64,000 nucleotides of DNA from Fimbriosthenelais zetlandica (taxonomy: Eukaryota). The notes beneath the pieces were generated by a model that ran no database searches, had not been told where the DNA came from, and was given only the letters and a program-made list of their open reading frames with translations. Shown here piece after piece: positions 38,601-52,049 of this stretch. The DNA lies in assembly GCA_977030845.1 (NCBI GenBank), contig OZ365110.1, positions 20,336,001 to 20,400,000 of the forward strand, written 5' to 3'. Position 1 is the first letter of the stretch, and the number at the start of each line of letters is the position of its first letter. The translations under genes and the position numbers were made by a program.

Positions 38601-41600
38601 AATGAAACGACACAAAATTATCTTGCTGTACATCACTTATTTGGCTAACAAAGTATGCACACTAGTTTGAAATTTTCACGATTCGAGCCTCAGTAATAAC
38701 GAAAGAACTTTCAAAAGCATGGGACCACAACAATTTGTCTATTTCCACTCCTAGAAAAAACATTTATTGCGCCTGAGGCACACATAGAAATGCTAAGTGC
38801 ACTCGTGGAGGGGCAATTAATACTTTTGACTGTCAAGTAGAGGAGCGAGAGAGATAAACACTGGACAGATATAAAGAGAGAGGATACTGGAGTTTTTCAT
38901 TATTTTATGACCTCCTAGTATTTACTCAGATAGGAACATGTGCCTTGTATGCCAATAGGATCCCTTCTAAATAAACAAACAAAGATAAAACTAGCCACAA
39001 ATGACCCAATCAAGTCCATTAGTCTGATGTCATATATGCGATAGAATGGCTTAGCTGTTCACTCCTTCCATCCAAAATCAACATGAAAAGTTATGATCGC
39101 CAAAACCTACAGAAACCATTTCAGAAAAGTTTCAAAAAATCCATTCATTTTGACATTTGTTAATAATAAAGTTGCCTACCTCTAAAGTGGCAATGCCTTT
39201 GATGCCCTGTTTCCAGTTGGGGGAAAGAATGGCAGTAAGAAGTCGAGATACAGTGGCCGTATCCATGGCCAGTCTCAAGTCATTGACTCTTGTGATGGGA
39301 CTTACAGGTACCAACTTCTCCACATACTGTTTTCTCATCCAATTAATCTTATTGTCATTGAACTATGAACAAATCCAGACCAAAAAAAATGAAGAAATCA
39401 ATTGATTGATGCAACCAAATGATGGATCCAGATATGTGAAAATACTAATATCAGCACTGAAATATCCATGGTAATAATATTGTTTCGAAGTGAGGATCAC
39501 CTCAGATCCTTGTAGGATTTCTGTGAAACGTATTCCGGGAATATAATGTTGGTTGGGTTGTTTTGGTGAGTGGGAGGATGACTGAAATCAGCAACAACCG
39601 TCCAGTGTGAAAGTTTTGTGTGTTTTAGGGCTAGGTCAGTGGTTGATGGATGAGGAGAGAGGAGACACGCGACACGCGCGAGCTGATCATTCAACTAACT
39701 CAACTCAAAAATAAACTCCACAAAAATTTGCCAATTTGCACCTAATATCCAACCGCATCATAAAAATAATCCGTGTGTACACACATCTTTAATGAAGGTA
39801 TATAATATATTTGATTATTAATTCGCTTTATAAGGAATTTCAATAAAGCTTTAAGTTTTTGAAGCACATCGAAGATACCGTAGTAAAAGGTCCATTAGCA
39901 GATGTGTGCTCGTGGATTGACAGAGATGACGACCTGGCAAAGGTGTCTTTAGTCCAGTGTCCATCCAACCACAAAGACATCTGTGGGGAAGTAACGTTTA
40001 ACCTACACCATATACATCACACCTTTCCCTACGACAACGTCTGTTCCCTTCTCACTGCATATTGATAGATCAGTCAACAAAATGTTTCTAGGGACACACA
40101 TACATCTTAATTCACCTTTGCACTGTTTGAGTGAAAACGTTTAATTTAATCAATCATAACTGAACCTTCACATTTAGAATGTTTATCTAATTGTGTTCAT
40201 GGACAGACTTTGTGTGACCTATGACACGTGAAACTGTTAGCACATTAAAATGCATTTAACTGACACATTGACCCACAAGCCCCAGAGGCTTGGTATGTCA
40301 GAATTTAATGAGTTAAAATAGGTTACAGCATCATATTGTCCTGCACGGGTCAAGGGAGGAACGGGCTGAGGCTAACCATATAACTCTATGGTCCTTAACG
40401 TTAGTTTAAGTAATGCTTGTAATGAATGGGACTCGATGAAGCGTTCAACAAGGCAGTGTGAGAAAGTTATGGACCCCTTGGGTGGACTCAGCAAGGGGTA
40501 TCCCGGACTATGATACTAGACTAATGGACCGTAATGCCTGTGTAACAATTGCCTGGTATAGGCCGGCCCTTGTCCGAACCAAGCCAGCTCATGACAAGTG
40601 ACAAAAGATTATTGATCTAAGTGGAACTCCAAACTTCCTGGCTCTTGTTTGGGTGTAACATAAGAGGTAACCAATCCAGCTTACGAGGCTATGACAAGAA
40701 TAAATAAATATATCTGAAAACACCAAGATTCAGTTTCTTATTTTTGGAAAATCATCCGAGTTAAGATGTCATAGTTGCATGTGTAGAGTATTGGAGAACT
40801 TTTCAGTCCAGAAATGATACAGCAGGATGGCAGGTTCCTGTAGAGCTTAAGGGAAAGCCCCTTGAGGGGGTTTATTTTTCCAGGAGACAGAGGTATGTCC
40901 GTTTTCAATACGTGTATGTATTAGGTTTCAGGCAAATTAGACCATTATGTCAACTTACATGCTCATAGCAATGCTAAGCAACAACTTCATAGAACATTAA
41001 AGCTATGAATAGAGGTGTATACAATCTCAAGCCTCTATCAGCCAAATAGTGTCTCTTGCACAGTTTTAAATAAGTGTGGGTTCAGCATGTATCTCATTTA
41101 AAATTAGCAAACTCACTAGTTTTCCTGGTAATAATCGTATCATATGGATATCCGATTACAGTAATTATAGCGAGTTCTGGGCATGCTAATGGAGATGACG
41201 GGAATATTTAATAGCCGCAATATGCAATGTGTCCTTGGAATAAGTAGGTTGAATATAATTCAGCCATAGGCTAGCCTGTGAGGCAACATGAACATCAAAC
41301 CATAGTAGAAAACACTGCATGCCTCCAGGCAGACTCCTCGGTGTGAGAGGGAACAAAAGGAAGGTTTGGCTAGGAGCTGGTTGCCATGGTTTCCATGCCT
41401 GTTGACATGCTTTGGCACCCTGGTAGAAAGTGACATCCGCTTCCTCGGACCCGGCCTCTCAGGGTATCTTTTACAGATGGGGGGTCAAAAGTCCCAGCTG
41501 CTTCGCTTGGAATCTGGGCGAACCGTTGGTAAATATTTCCTGGGGAAAAAGCGGGAAACAAGGACCATCTGCGGCAGGGGAAGTTCACACTACAGAAGGC

Positions 41601-42865
41601 TCATGTACTTTTCCCAAGAGCTAAAATCCAGTGATGCATTCCAAAAGAGTAATATTTTAAATAATCTGGAATGAGATCCAATAATCTGCATACAAAATGA
41701 ATCTTTTGTCCATGGTGATGAGCTGTGCCAAGTAATTTTCAGTAACTCCTATGATGTGTTACTTCGATAAAGTGATCATTTCTCACAAAATCTGGCAGAA
41801 TGTAATGTTTTTGCAAGGAAGATGAAATCCGCCCTCTCCTCACCCCAGAAGATGATGTCAATCTCGTGATAATCCTAACTCCTGCCAAATATATTTACCG
41901 AGAAAAATTGGCACTTAAATGTCCAAATAAGTACTCTTCTGCCAAAGTGTGAGGAAATCAAATTTAATTTCTATGGCATAATTCCTGGTTCGGATGACAA
42001 AAGCCTATTCTTGGAAGTCAGTTTTAGCCTGGGACTTATAAGCTTAAGTCAATGAAGTGTAAAACTGAGAGAACATAGAAAAGTGGGATGACGGATGTAT
42101 CGGCCGACAGTTACTCATATCAGTCATTTATAACTTCCATGGTCCAGTTTTGTGTGTGAATATTCCACAACACACACGCATTATAACGCAAGTTGGGGAA
42201 GCGTGTGGCTTGGTCCACATCCCAGGAGCGACTGGGGGAAACCACCACCTCCCACTTGTCAACATAGTGGCCCTCATAGAGTTCTATAGCAAAGTGGGAG
42301 TCAACGGGTGGTATGTAGGGAAGTGGAGGGTAAAGGGGGATTTAGTGAAGGGAGGGGGTAACCTAGAGGAAGAATTAAAGTGTGTTGGAGTGTCTTCTCC
42401 CTCTTGTTTTCCAGCTGTTTTTTATCTCGGAATAGAAGCCTCTCTCTTGATTTGGCACAAGCAACAAAGATGGAGACAAAAGTTGGCAAGCTCTTGAAAA
42501 TCTGACACTCGCTTTAATGCTTATCTTCAAAGAGAGTAGGATTATTGGTCTGTTCTGAAGCGCAGCTTCCTGGAATTGTGGGTTGTTATACTGCGGCAAT
42601 AATAATAAGCCTGCAATTGCCCGTGAACATTTTGGACACCACCAACATTCCCTTTCATGTCATAAAGTAATTTTTAAGCTGCAAGCACAGGTCTTAGTGT
42701 GTCGTAGATTCTGGGTGTAGCCTATATATTATATATATCCTACATTTAATGATATTTTATCACACCATTCTCTCTATTGTGACCATGACATGCTCTCATG
42801 TAAGTTAACTTATCCATGTAGTGCATGGAACAGGAATCATGACCGTCAGGTTCCACGTGCCTCAC

Positions 42866-42943
42866 CCCCGAGGTATAAAAGATAAACTTGATAAATTGCC
42901 TGTCATAGAAGAATCTGGTATATACGGTACCAGATGTTGCCAT
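42866..42943 (-). CDS. Weak candidate alternative first exon (MATSGTVYTRFFYDRQFIKFIFYTSG)
   Basis: CCATGG start, phase-0 donor GGG|gtgagg. The ATG is also the centre of an X-box, so it may be a by-product of the motif. Confidence 0.28.
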
Positions 42944-42949
42944 GGAGAC
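42936..42949. promoter_or_regulatory. RFX X-box (GTCTCCATGGCAAC on the minus strand)
   Basis: 14/14 match to GTYNCYATRGNAAC. Confidence 0.45.
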
Positions 42950-45023
42950 AGCCTCTTGGAAGGGTCCTGTTTAGGGAAGAATGAATGAGCGAAAAACCCG
43001 GGCACACGAGCTGCCTGGTGTAGGGTTGACGAGTGCCATATCTCATTTAAACGCGTGCCATATTTCACCTCAACAAGTGCCATATCTCACTGGGCTTGAT
43101 TCAATTTCACAACCCAGTGGTGTACTTTGTCATGTTCCATTCCACCTGGGAAGTAAAAGACTTAGTTTCTAAACATAAAATATCCAAATCCAATCTCTTC
43201 TAGACTGGACAGATCTATCAATTTTTTTATGGTACAGAAATACATCCAGGGATTGTTAAATGTCGGGTGAAATTTCAATATATAAATAATTTGGATGTCT
43301 TATTTTATATTCTTTTTATCCAATTCACATAAATAATTCTGAATGTTTTCCCACTAATACAACAAGCGATAAAAATTCAGGCAGGGACCAATGTGCCCTT
43401 TTTCAAGCACACTTTGCTAACTAGTCCATTCAAAAACAAGCTTGCCAGTCGCAGCCCTGGGCGACACAAGGGGGTATTTACAAAAGGGAGACAGAACCAT
43501 TATCAATCCTTTAATACGCGATGAAAAAACTGCTCAGATAATTGACAAGACAAACCATATACACAAAAACTGCCCTACAGAACATACCACCTAATAGGTA
43601 CCACTTAGGGCAGGCGACCCCCAAAAGATTTATAATTAAGTTGTGAACTAGCGCTCTCTAATAATGTTTGCTGCACCCATTTAAAAGTAAATTTGTGAGA
43701 CAAAATGAATCATTTTGTCACATAAATATGGCTAATTATCGGTGGTGGAAAATGTATAAGGTAGGGTGGGCGGAGTAAAGGGCAGCAATCGTGATTTCTA
43801 AAGAGAAGTGATTGCTCGCCAAGAGTAGAGAATCAGACAGGAAAATCTACTATGGGGCCAGTTTCAGGAGATATATAGGGTACATTAGCCCAGAGACTTA
43901 TCATTGGCTGATCTAGCGTATCTTTGTTCTGAAACAGGCCCCTGGTTAGCTTCACGTGGTGCTAGTAACTAACTTGTCAACCAGGCAATGTCTTTACCAG
44001 GATGGAAAATTTGGCACTCAGAAAAGTAAAGAGGCCGCACTTAAGACTTTGTCTATCATGGTATTTACAACTTGAAAAGATTTATACCAGTTAGTAAGCA
44101 CCCGGTATGCAGAAGCAGTTTCCCTTGTCAAGTATATGGGCAGAGAGTGTTCATACTTGTGGTAACGAGGGAGCAGGATATAAGACACACACTTATAGAC
44201 AGAAAGTGCAAATTCAAAGAAATCAGAAACATACTGAATTCAACTCCCTGAATGATAAAAATGAATATCAAAAAACATTCCAAATATGATGAGGTCAAAT
44301 ACTCAGCCATTTTTAAAAAGATCTGAGGAGAAATTTACAGTGAGTCGTTTCTTTAGAAAAGTACTGGGGAAGAAACACATTAGATTATAAGTATGTCGCC
44401 TACGGTCTGGGCCTGTGGACACATTATACGGCTTGATAGAAAATTAAAGAAAACCACAAGAGGACTTTTAAGGGATGAAAAAATCCATTGTGAATTCACC
44501 CAATGTTAGGAAATCAAGCAATGAATATTTTCTCAAAGAGCATTGGATTTCTGCTTGCCTCATTTAGCTAACATATAATTAACACAGTTTGAATAGTAAA
44601 GGAATGCAGGAAGAGGTTCTATGAATATCTAATTGGCGGGGCGTTAACTTTACTTTGACCGCAGGTGTCCCTCCTTTCCCCCAGAATGGGAGGGTCCTGA
44701 GTAAGAATAGTATTTCCTGACCCCGTTTAATGCAGGTGAAAAGACCCTTAGTGCCAACCTAATAAATTAACAGATATTCTCAAGAGACGTCCAACTCGTT
44801 GGTCTCCTAAGAGAATTTTTCGCACAGGTCTATACCGCCAAGAAACTCACTTGCGAATCGCTTAGACAACCTTTTATATTTAAAATGATGTTTAAGTTAG
44901 TTGTTTGCAACCTTAACCTACTTCTGATATGTGAAGTTATTTCATGGTTCCAACATCTTAATAGCCACAGCTGAAGAAGGCTGAAAATTGGCTATGGAAA
45001 CGATTGTAAAATATTAAGCTTAC

Positions 45024-45059
45024 CCGTTTCTTCCCCTTCTTCACCCGCGAAGAACTTAC
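45024..45059 (-). CDS. RGS12: RGS12 36-nt microexon (VSSSRVKKGKKR)
   Basis: gttttctttctccag|GTAAGT...AAACGG|gtaagc; strong polypyrimidine acceptor, consensus donor, phase 0-0, open frame. Confidence 0.7.
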
Positions 45060-48000
45060 CTGGAGAAAGAAAACATTGACAATCACAATTAATTGATCAT
45101 GCACAATTTAGAATATCCTTAAACTAAATTGATGGAGAACGTGCAACATTGAGATAATTTCTAGGCAAGGTAAGACTATGCAGCACCAATCCAATGTGCT
45201 GCCCCCTGTGAGATTATTGGGAAACGAGTAGTTCCTCTTTAAGGCACTTGGTGGCGGGACAGTGACAAGCTGTTCATACCGCACGCATGCTTCACCTACA
45301 GGCAAAATGGGACATCAAAATGGATCTCAAGGAACATACTGTGCAAGGTTTATGGACTCGGAGATCTATCCTGAAACTATCTAACATCCGCGAGCCCATT
45401 CTCCCATAGAAACCCTATAAAACCTTAGATGACTCAGCAAAAAGAGAAAGTTAGGCGGTCCATTATAGGGTCATTATATCACAGTACTTAACACAAAGCA
45501 GGGCAAAAAATGTTTTCTCTCTGTATAAAGCTGATAAAACATGCCCCCACACTTAATGCCAGAAAGTTGTGATAAGTTTTTAGTGAGATCAAACACTTTT
45601 CACCACAAATTTATCGCACCATTATGGGTATCTAAAAGAACAAGCTGGCACACTGAAAAACTTTTCATTTCCCCCCCGACTAAAACTTGTTAAATGTCGG
45701 AAAACTGATGCAATCAAATTAGTAGAACATCCACCTTAGTTTCCACTTAACAATAGATGACTTTTTATTTCTTTAAATGCACTTTTTTATTTGGTCAATA
45801 CCCGGTGGAAAACAGAATCCCTGATCTTTCAGGGAACATAATACTCAGCAGGAATCCATCCCACTGAATGGGGAGTTGTACTTTTCTGAACTAATACCCA
45901 AACAAATAAACAGATCCAGGGAATACATAGGTAGTCTACAGTATGACCTGATCATATAAAGGACGGCAGATTTTAGCGGGCGTGGGAAATGTGTTATCCG
46001 GTCTATCTATCAATGAGAAATCAGCAGCATGTGGAGAGGGAGAGGGAGGAGGAGAAGGAGAGGGAGTAGGGGGAGGAGGTGAAGGTTTGGAAGCAGCTGT
46101 AGCCAGTGCACCAGGGCCAGGGCAGAGTTTACAGCTCCCGGTTCACTCTCCACAGATGTCTCCTTCCTATGTAAATGATATTATTCAATATTTTAAGAGG
46201 GATAATTTATACAGGATCGATTATTTACACCTTTTCCTCGATCCAGTTTTTTTAAATTAGATAAATATTTTCTAGTTAGTCTGAATTCGATAAATGTACA
46301 TAACATATTAATGAACCAAAGCAGAAATTCAAATAGATTGAAAAGTAAAAAAAAAAACTTGAAAAATAATATCGGACCAATAGCTTTTCTATAGATCTAG
46401 AAAACGACCCACTAAACCAGACTGACTAAACAAAACAAACCTTTCTGAAGTGGAGATAAATTAACTTCTGGTGTTTGTTTTTGAAACAGTCTTTAGTAAA
46501 AATAAATTATTTTGTCTGGAAACTACTTAGGAGACAGACCAGACCTAATTACAATTCTCTCTTTAGTACTTTTTCAGTGATACTTTTTAATGGGATGTAA
46601 CAAGGCAACAACTGAATTTCTTTGCCTGCCCAATGGCAAAATATTTACATTTAACAATGTAATTGCAAATCAAAAATTATAAAGATTTGACTCTCATTTT
46701 CTGCTTGAATTTGTCTTTGGCATACTATTACATACATGTACACATAAATCCAAATAAATCCAACTCTTCCTTAAAAGCTAGTTTATGGTTGATCTATATA
46801 TATATATACCTAAAAATGCACACAGACTTAAGTTTAGCACACAATCTTTAGTGAAAACAGGCTTCAAAGGGCCTTTAGTTGATATGTGACTTCATCTATA
46901 CACATTGCCGACCATGTGTATGTGCACCTATGGTGTATTGACAAGACATGCAGAGGTAAGGCTAAACTGGACAAAGACAAGTGACAAACAGCCTTCAAGG
47001 TGGGAGTCAAGTATCGGGGTCAGCTGGCCTGGAGGAGAACAAATGAACCACAAGCATGCTATTCATGTGGCCAGCCCAGGTAAAGGATCATTAAGGTACA
47101 AGTGACACCATTCACTGGGGCACCATACTGAGTACAGAGGGTGGCTATAGACTATAGTATAGAGGTATGGGTAGGTGTGTACATCCAGGCTCAAAGGCTT
47201 CCTATGTACAGGCTTATGTAAGTGAGAGGGCAAACTTACTGCACAGAGGAGACGGGGATTGTGCCATGTTTTGTGACAGATATCAAAGAACTTGGCATGG
47301 GTTATAAGTGGTATACACCAAATATATTAGACAACAACTTGTACATATCTAGATCGATTAACTTCTACAACTTCGTCAAGTAAAATATGTACCTTTCACT
47401 AAATTCAACATCTATCTTCAAGCATAATCTACAATGGGGATTTCATTGAAATAATATAGAATTATAGCATAAAAAATAGTGGTTATGCATTATTAATATT
47501 CCAGAGCTAGCTAATTTGAAATATTATTGAATTATAGCAATAATATGCAATCATATCTCAGAGTTGGAATTTTAATTATATAGCCACTTCTGCCAAAATT
47601 ATTTCTGGCAGATATGATGAGGTTCAGTCAAATACAGTCCGTCTATGAAGACCAATGAATAAAAAGGTGAAATTCTGTGACAAAATAAAGACGAGTCTGC
47701 CAAGAAATGTCGGGGATTAATTCTAAGCAAGCAGAAATCACGGTGACATGCCATCCACGAAACTGAAATCATGCACCTCGGGTAAGATTTCATGCAATTA
47801 TAACTTCATGCTCACTCAGCCCAAGAGGCCTCCCCTAGTAACTATCATTAGACACATCAGGGGTCCACTCCATATGGAATGAAATACGATCCACACACGT
47901 CATACAAATGCTGATTTGAAGGGATAAAATATTCAGATCACCTTTCTGGAAACAAAGGTGCTCAAGCTGTTATTCCTGACAGAATCCTTTCACTTCGAGT

Positions 48001-48666
48001 TATGCTTGAAGCTTTTCTTCAAATGATGAATCGATTTTAGTCGAAGTTCAGGAAGGGACCTGACGTTCAAGCCAGGTCGCTTAACATTCCAGTAAGAAAA
48101 CATGGAGTCCCTTACATGCATATATCTCATCACATATACATACGTAAGATTGGTCGGAATTTCACATGGAATTTTTGAGTGAATTTCTTAAGCAGTGAGT
48201 TTAAACAAAGAATGACAGGATACATACATGTATACATTCTGAATTATAGAAAAAGGATTTTTATATCCACTTATGTTTGGATTATTTCCTTTTACATGTA
48301 GTTTGATTTAGAATTTCATGAATGGGGCTTAATTCGGCTATTACTTTACAAACAGCTAATTATAGCTCATGTAACGTTTAATCAAATCTTTTAGTTTCAG
48401 GGTTGTTTTCCCAAATTACACTTGAGGTTTTCTTTAACATAGACAATTGCTTCTAAATCAAGAATACATTGTAAATCATTTCTAAGCCTTCGAGCTAGAC
48501 TTAGCTAAAGTTGGGAATGAGTACAAACTTAATGATTCCCAGGTGGACGGGTGTATACACTTCAATTATAGTAATTGGATTATTAGCATTAGCTCCGTGT
48601 GACTCAAGTTTGGATCAGCTACTAATTCCACTTAAATGGAGCAGCAAGTAGGTGGTGTGCTATTTG

Positions 48667-48736
48667 GAATTATTTTCGAAACGTTCCGATTAATTACGTT
48701 TGAATTATTTTCGAAAGGTTCCGATTAATTACTTTT
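48667..48736. repeat. Two-copy 35-bp tandem duplication
   Basis: gaattattttcgaaacgttccgattaattacgttt / gaattattttcgaaaggttccgattaattactttt (2 mismatches). Confidence 0.95.
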
Positions 48737-48986
48737 GATTGGTACATTTTTAGTAACGTTTAAAGACTTGTACATTGTGTGACGGATATAAATTACCTTC
48801 AAGTTCAAAAATAGAACCAAATTATATAAATGGCATAAAAAGGCACGCTCCACACTGATGTAAGAAAAAGACATTGTGTTTTCACACCGGGTTAGTTTAA
48901 ATCTAATGTTTGCAAGCAACCCCATACAGTTCATCCATCAATCCAGGCATATGACAAACCAAACATGAATTTCCAGTACAGCTTAC

Positions 48987-49016
48987 CTCGGATTCAGATG
49001 TAGATTCTGTGCTTTC
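48987..49016 (-). CDS. RGS12: RGS12 30-nt microexon (ESTESTSESE)
   Basis: aacttctcctttag|GAAAGC...TCCGAG|gtaagc; strong acceptor and donor, phase 0-0, open frame, fits the upstream phase-0 junction. Confidence 0.7.
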
Positions 49017-49729
49017 CTAAAGGAGAAGTTATGCCGAGTTATAGATGATAAGATCCATGGACATATTTACAATCATAATCTCCTTACCTCCACTTCCCAG
49101 AGGCTTACCACTCAAAGGTGGGCAAGAATGCCGCCACTGTTTGTACATGAACAGCTTTAGTTGCGCCATGGAAGGCCTACATGATGAATATTAACTCCAA
49201 TTGACATTTAGGAATGCACTTGTAACCATTCCCAATGAATTTATGATTATAATTACCTGAGGTAATCAACCTAGCATTGTATCAAGAATCTATTATTTCT
49301 ACCTAAGTCCATCTGGCCTGATTAAGAGGAGAAACTTGGAGAGCCTATAGAGGTCCATAAAATGAGGGAGGGACCAGCTGGTGATTTGGTGGAGCTGGGT
49401 CTATTGCCAGATTTACTTTTCAGCTTTCTGGCTGGAGACCAAGAATTAAAGTACTATCAAGATGCGCTGCTCCTGAGTGAATCATACAAGGCTGTTTACA
49501 CGTCAGTCGTGCTCAACAAGACAACACTACAGCATTGTTCCTATGTCGCGCAAAAAAATTACCTCTGAATTTAGATTCGGATGGAAAAGATTGCATTTTC
49601 TTTCATGTATTAATAATTACAGGCTATTTCTCTGGGGAATGGGAATATTGAATAGCAACAGGTTAATCCTAGGATTGTAGGAGTCAAGATCATGATATTC
49701 CTCAAATTTAATTCAATGAGTTCAGTGGG

Positions 49730-50232
49730 GAGGGGGTTCAATTCTGGGGTGGTAGCTTTATTGTATTCTTCAAATTGACAAGGCAAGCTCACTGGTTTTT
49801 GGCTGACCAGTAGGAAGAAGGGGGGGGGGGGTGAGTTGGAATAAGGGATAGTTATTGGGTTTAGGTCCTAATCCCTCTCAAGCTTTCTTCATGGCTCACT
49901 GGTTCTGACTGGCCAGTGGAAGTCTTGAGGGTGTGTGTGTGGTGGTTTAGATAGTAGTAGCTGAGTTGGGGTTAGGCGTTCAAGTCTGGGTCTGGGCCTA
50001 GCTTTTCCTCGCAGTGAAAGTTTGCAATTTGATGAATAGGTTATGTCGAAATCCCTCTCAAGCTTTCGTCATGGCTCTCTGGCTAACCAGTATCACTAAG
50101 GGCAGGGAGTATGGGTGGTAGTCAAGGTTAGACAAAGGGGGGAGTGTTAAGGTTATGGGATTCAACAACTGGTGTAGTTAGGGTAAGATCGTGTTGAGGG
50201 GGTTCAACTCTGGGTTTGGGCTTAGCTTTTAA
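49730..50232. repeat. Diverged G-rich tandem repeat, 2-3 copies of about 180-240 bp
   Basis: aatccctctcaagctttc(t/g)tcatggctc at 49870 and 50050; ttcaa..ctggg...tagcttt at about 49737, 49979 and 50203. Confidence 0.8.
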
Positions 50233-52049
50233 AAATAGACCTTCATTGGGCCGACGATTTCATATATATCGTACTCATAACTGAAATTAAGTTCTAGTAG
50301 GGCCTACAGAAATCAATATTCAGTCCAATGTAATGTCCATGTAAAATTTACATTTTTTTATGTTAAATGAATGGGAAGTGGACCAGGTACCCATAGCGCT
50401 TCCTCCTGTCCCCAGCAAAATAGTGACAGGGAGATATGACGCCTAGTTTTGAAACACTGGGATAAATATAAGCACCTGTGTGCAGTAATACTATACTACC
50501 ATGTGAGCCTCACTTGGCTGAGTCAAATAATGACATGAGAATTCTCAGGTTCACAAATATACACAACATAAATTCACAGAACATGTTGGAACGGTAAATT
50601 TCAGAACCCAAACATGTAAGAATCAAATAATAATTGTAACTCAAGATTAAATTATTTCAACCATGGGCAAGGTAAATAATCCATGATTTATGAAAATGCT
50701 TACAAGTTCAAATAAATGACAATGAATTGTCACAGCCGGCTGACCCAGGCCATCAAATGTCTATGAGACATTCATTAGCCGATGCGTGCTAATCAGTCAA
50801 ATTGTACCGAGTCAAGGCCAGCAATAATGGGAACATTCACCAATTATCATGGCTATTATCAAGTTAAATATCTAGGTCACCTCCCATTTTCATTCATCTG
50901 TCCAGATTTCACCTTCAAACTTCTCCATAAATTTGTTTTCTAGGTTGTTCAACAATGCTTAAAGGTTCCCTGAAGTCCCTCCCTCTTCAAAAGCCAATTT
51001 CAACAACTGGAATTCTGTCATATGAACATGTAATGAATAGCCTTTTCAAAGCATAGCCAGAGGAAAGTTTTTTTTTAATTTAAAGCATTAAAATTGTATG
51101 GAGAGCCTGCGATAAGTGACGCACCCATTGTCCCAGTGAGTCAAAGGTGCAGTGGTAACTTTTGAGAACAGCCGAGCACGAGATTCAATAATCTGCTAAA
51201 AGCATAAGGTTCACATACTTGTAACCCATTTTGCCACTTGAAAAGTGGAGCAAAAGGCGGACATGGGCAAAGGTAAAGGACCATAAAGCAATGCCTTTAG
51301 GTGGTGTTGAGTGCTTTACCTGGGAACTGACTTGAAGGTAACACAAAGAATGTGAATACAGGTCAGTGCTTAGAATACAAAGGGGGCTATTATAAATGCT
51401 GTGTCTTCCTTCCAGGGTGATCACAAAAGTACATTTCAACTCTTGGCAATAACTGAAATAATTACATCTTTCATTGCTTCACAGATTATGTTCTAAGCAC
51501 CTGAGCATATAATTAGGTTATTTCAAAGTTTTTCACATCAAACATAACACTCTAAGCAGGATCGAGGAATGCTAATAGAAAATAATCCCTGGTATTTTAA
51601 ATACATTTAATTAGTACCGTGTATACCATTCAAACTTATGGGGAAAAAGAGCTATTATAAATACCTTACATAAAATTTCATTTCCTGCTGTGTAAACCCT
51701 ACTTGTCAAAAACTCTACAAAATATCAAAGCTGTTATAGAAAGAGATATGGCCAAAATAATCTATTATCCTAAGCACCTCCTTCCCTTAATAAAATATCG
51801 AATCGGCAGTAATTGTTTTATATTAACTGCTGTAAAGTCATGTACACTTAAAAATTGAAATTCATATTATTATTATGAAAAGGACCCACTAAAAATCAAA
51901 GGTTGCCATATTGAACTTTCAAAAATTTGTTTGCTATGGGAAATTGTATCAAATATATTTGCCTACCAGGCAATGGGCCTTGCAACTAATTTGGTTCGAG
52001 TATATCCAATACTAGTGATATGATTTAGAAATTTAAAAAGAAAACTTAC

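Noticed and set aside
32426-39338. Other ATG-plus-phase-0-donor combinations (…RYLRVQ|gtgagg ~32426; …CMKNQ|gtaagg 37697; MRKQYVEKLVP|gtaagt ~39306)
   Set aside because: No promoter context or compositional support; expected by chance in long introns.
49087-49190. Two strong minus-strand donors (GTG|gtaagc, GAG|gtaagg) just upstream of the 30-nt microexon
   Set aside because: No stop-free phase-0 frame from a plausible acceptor or ATG; could only be non-coding, and unsupported.
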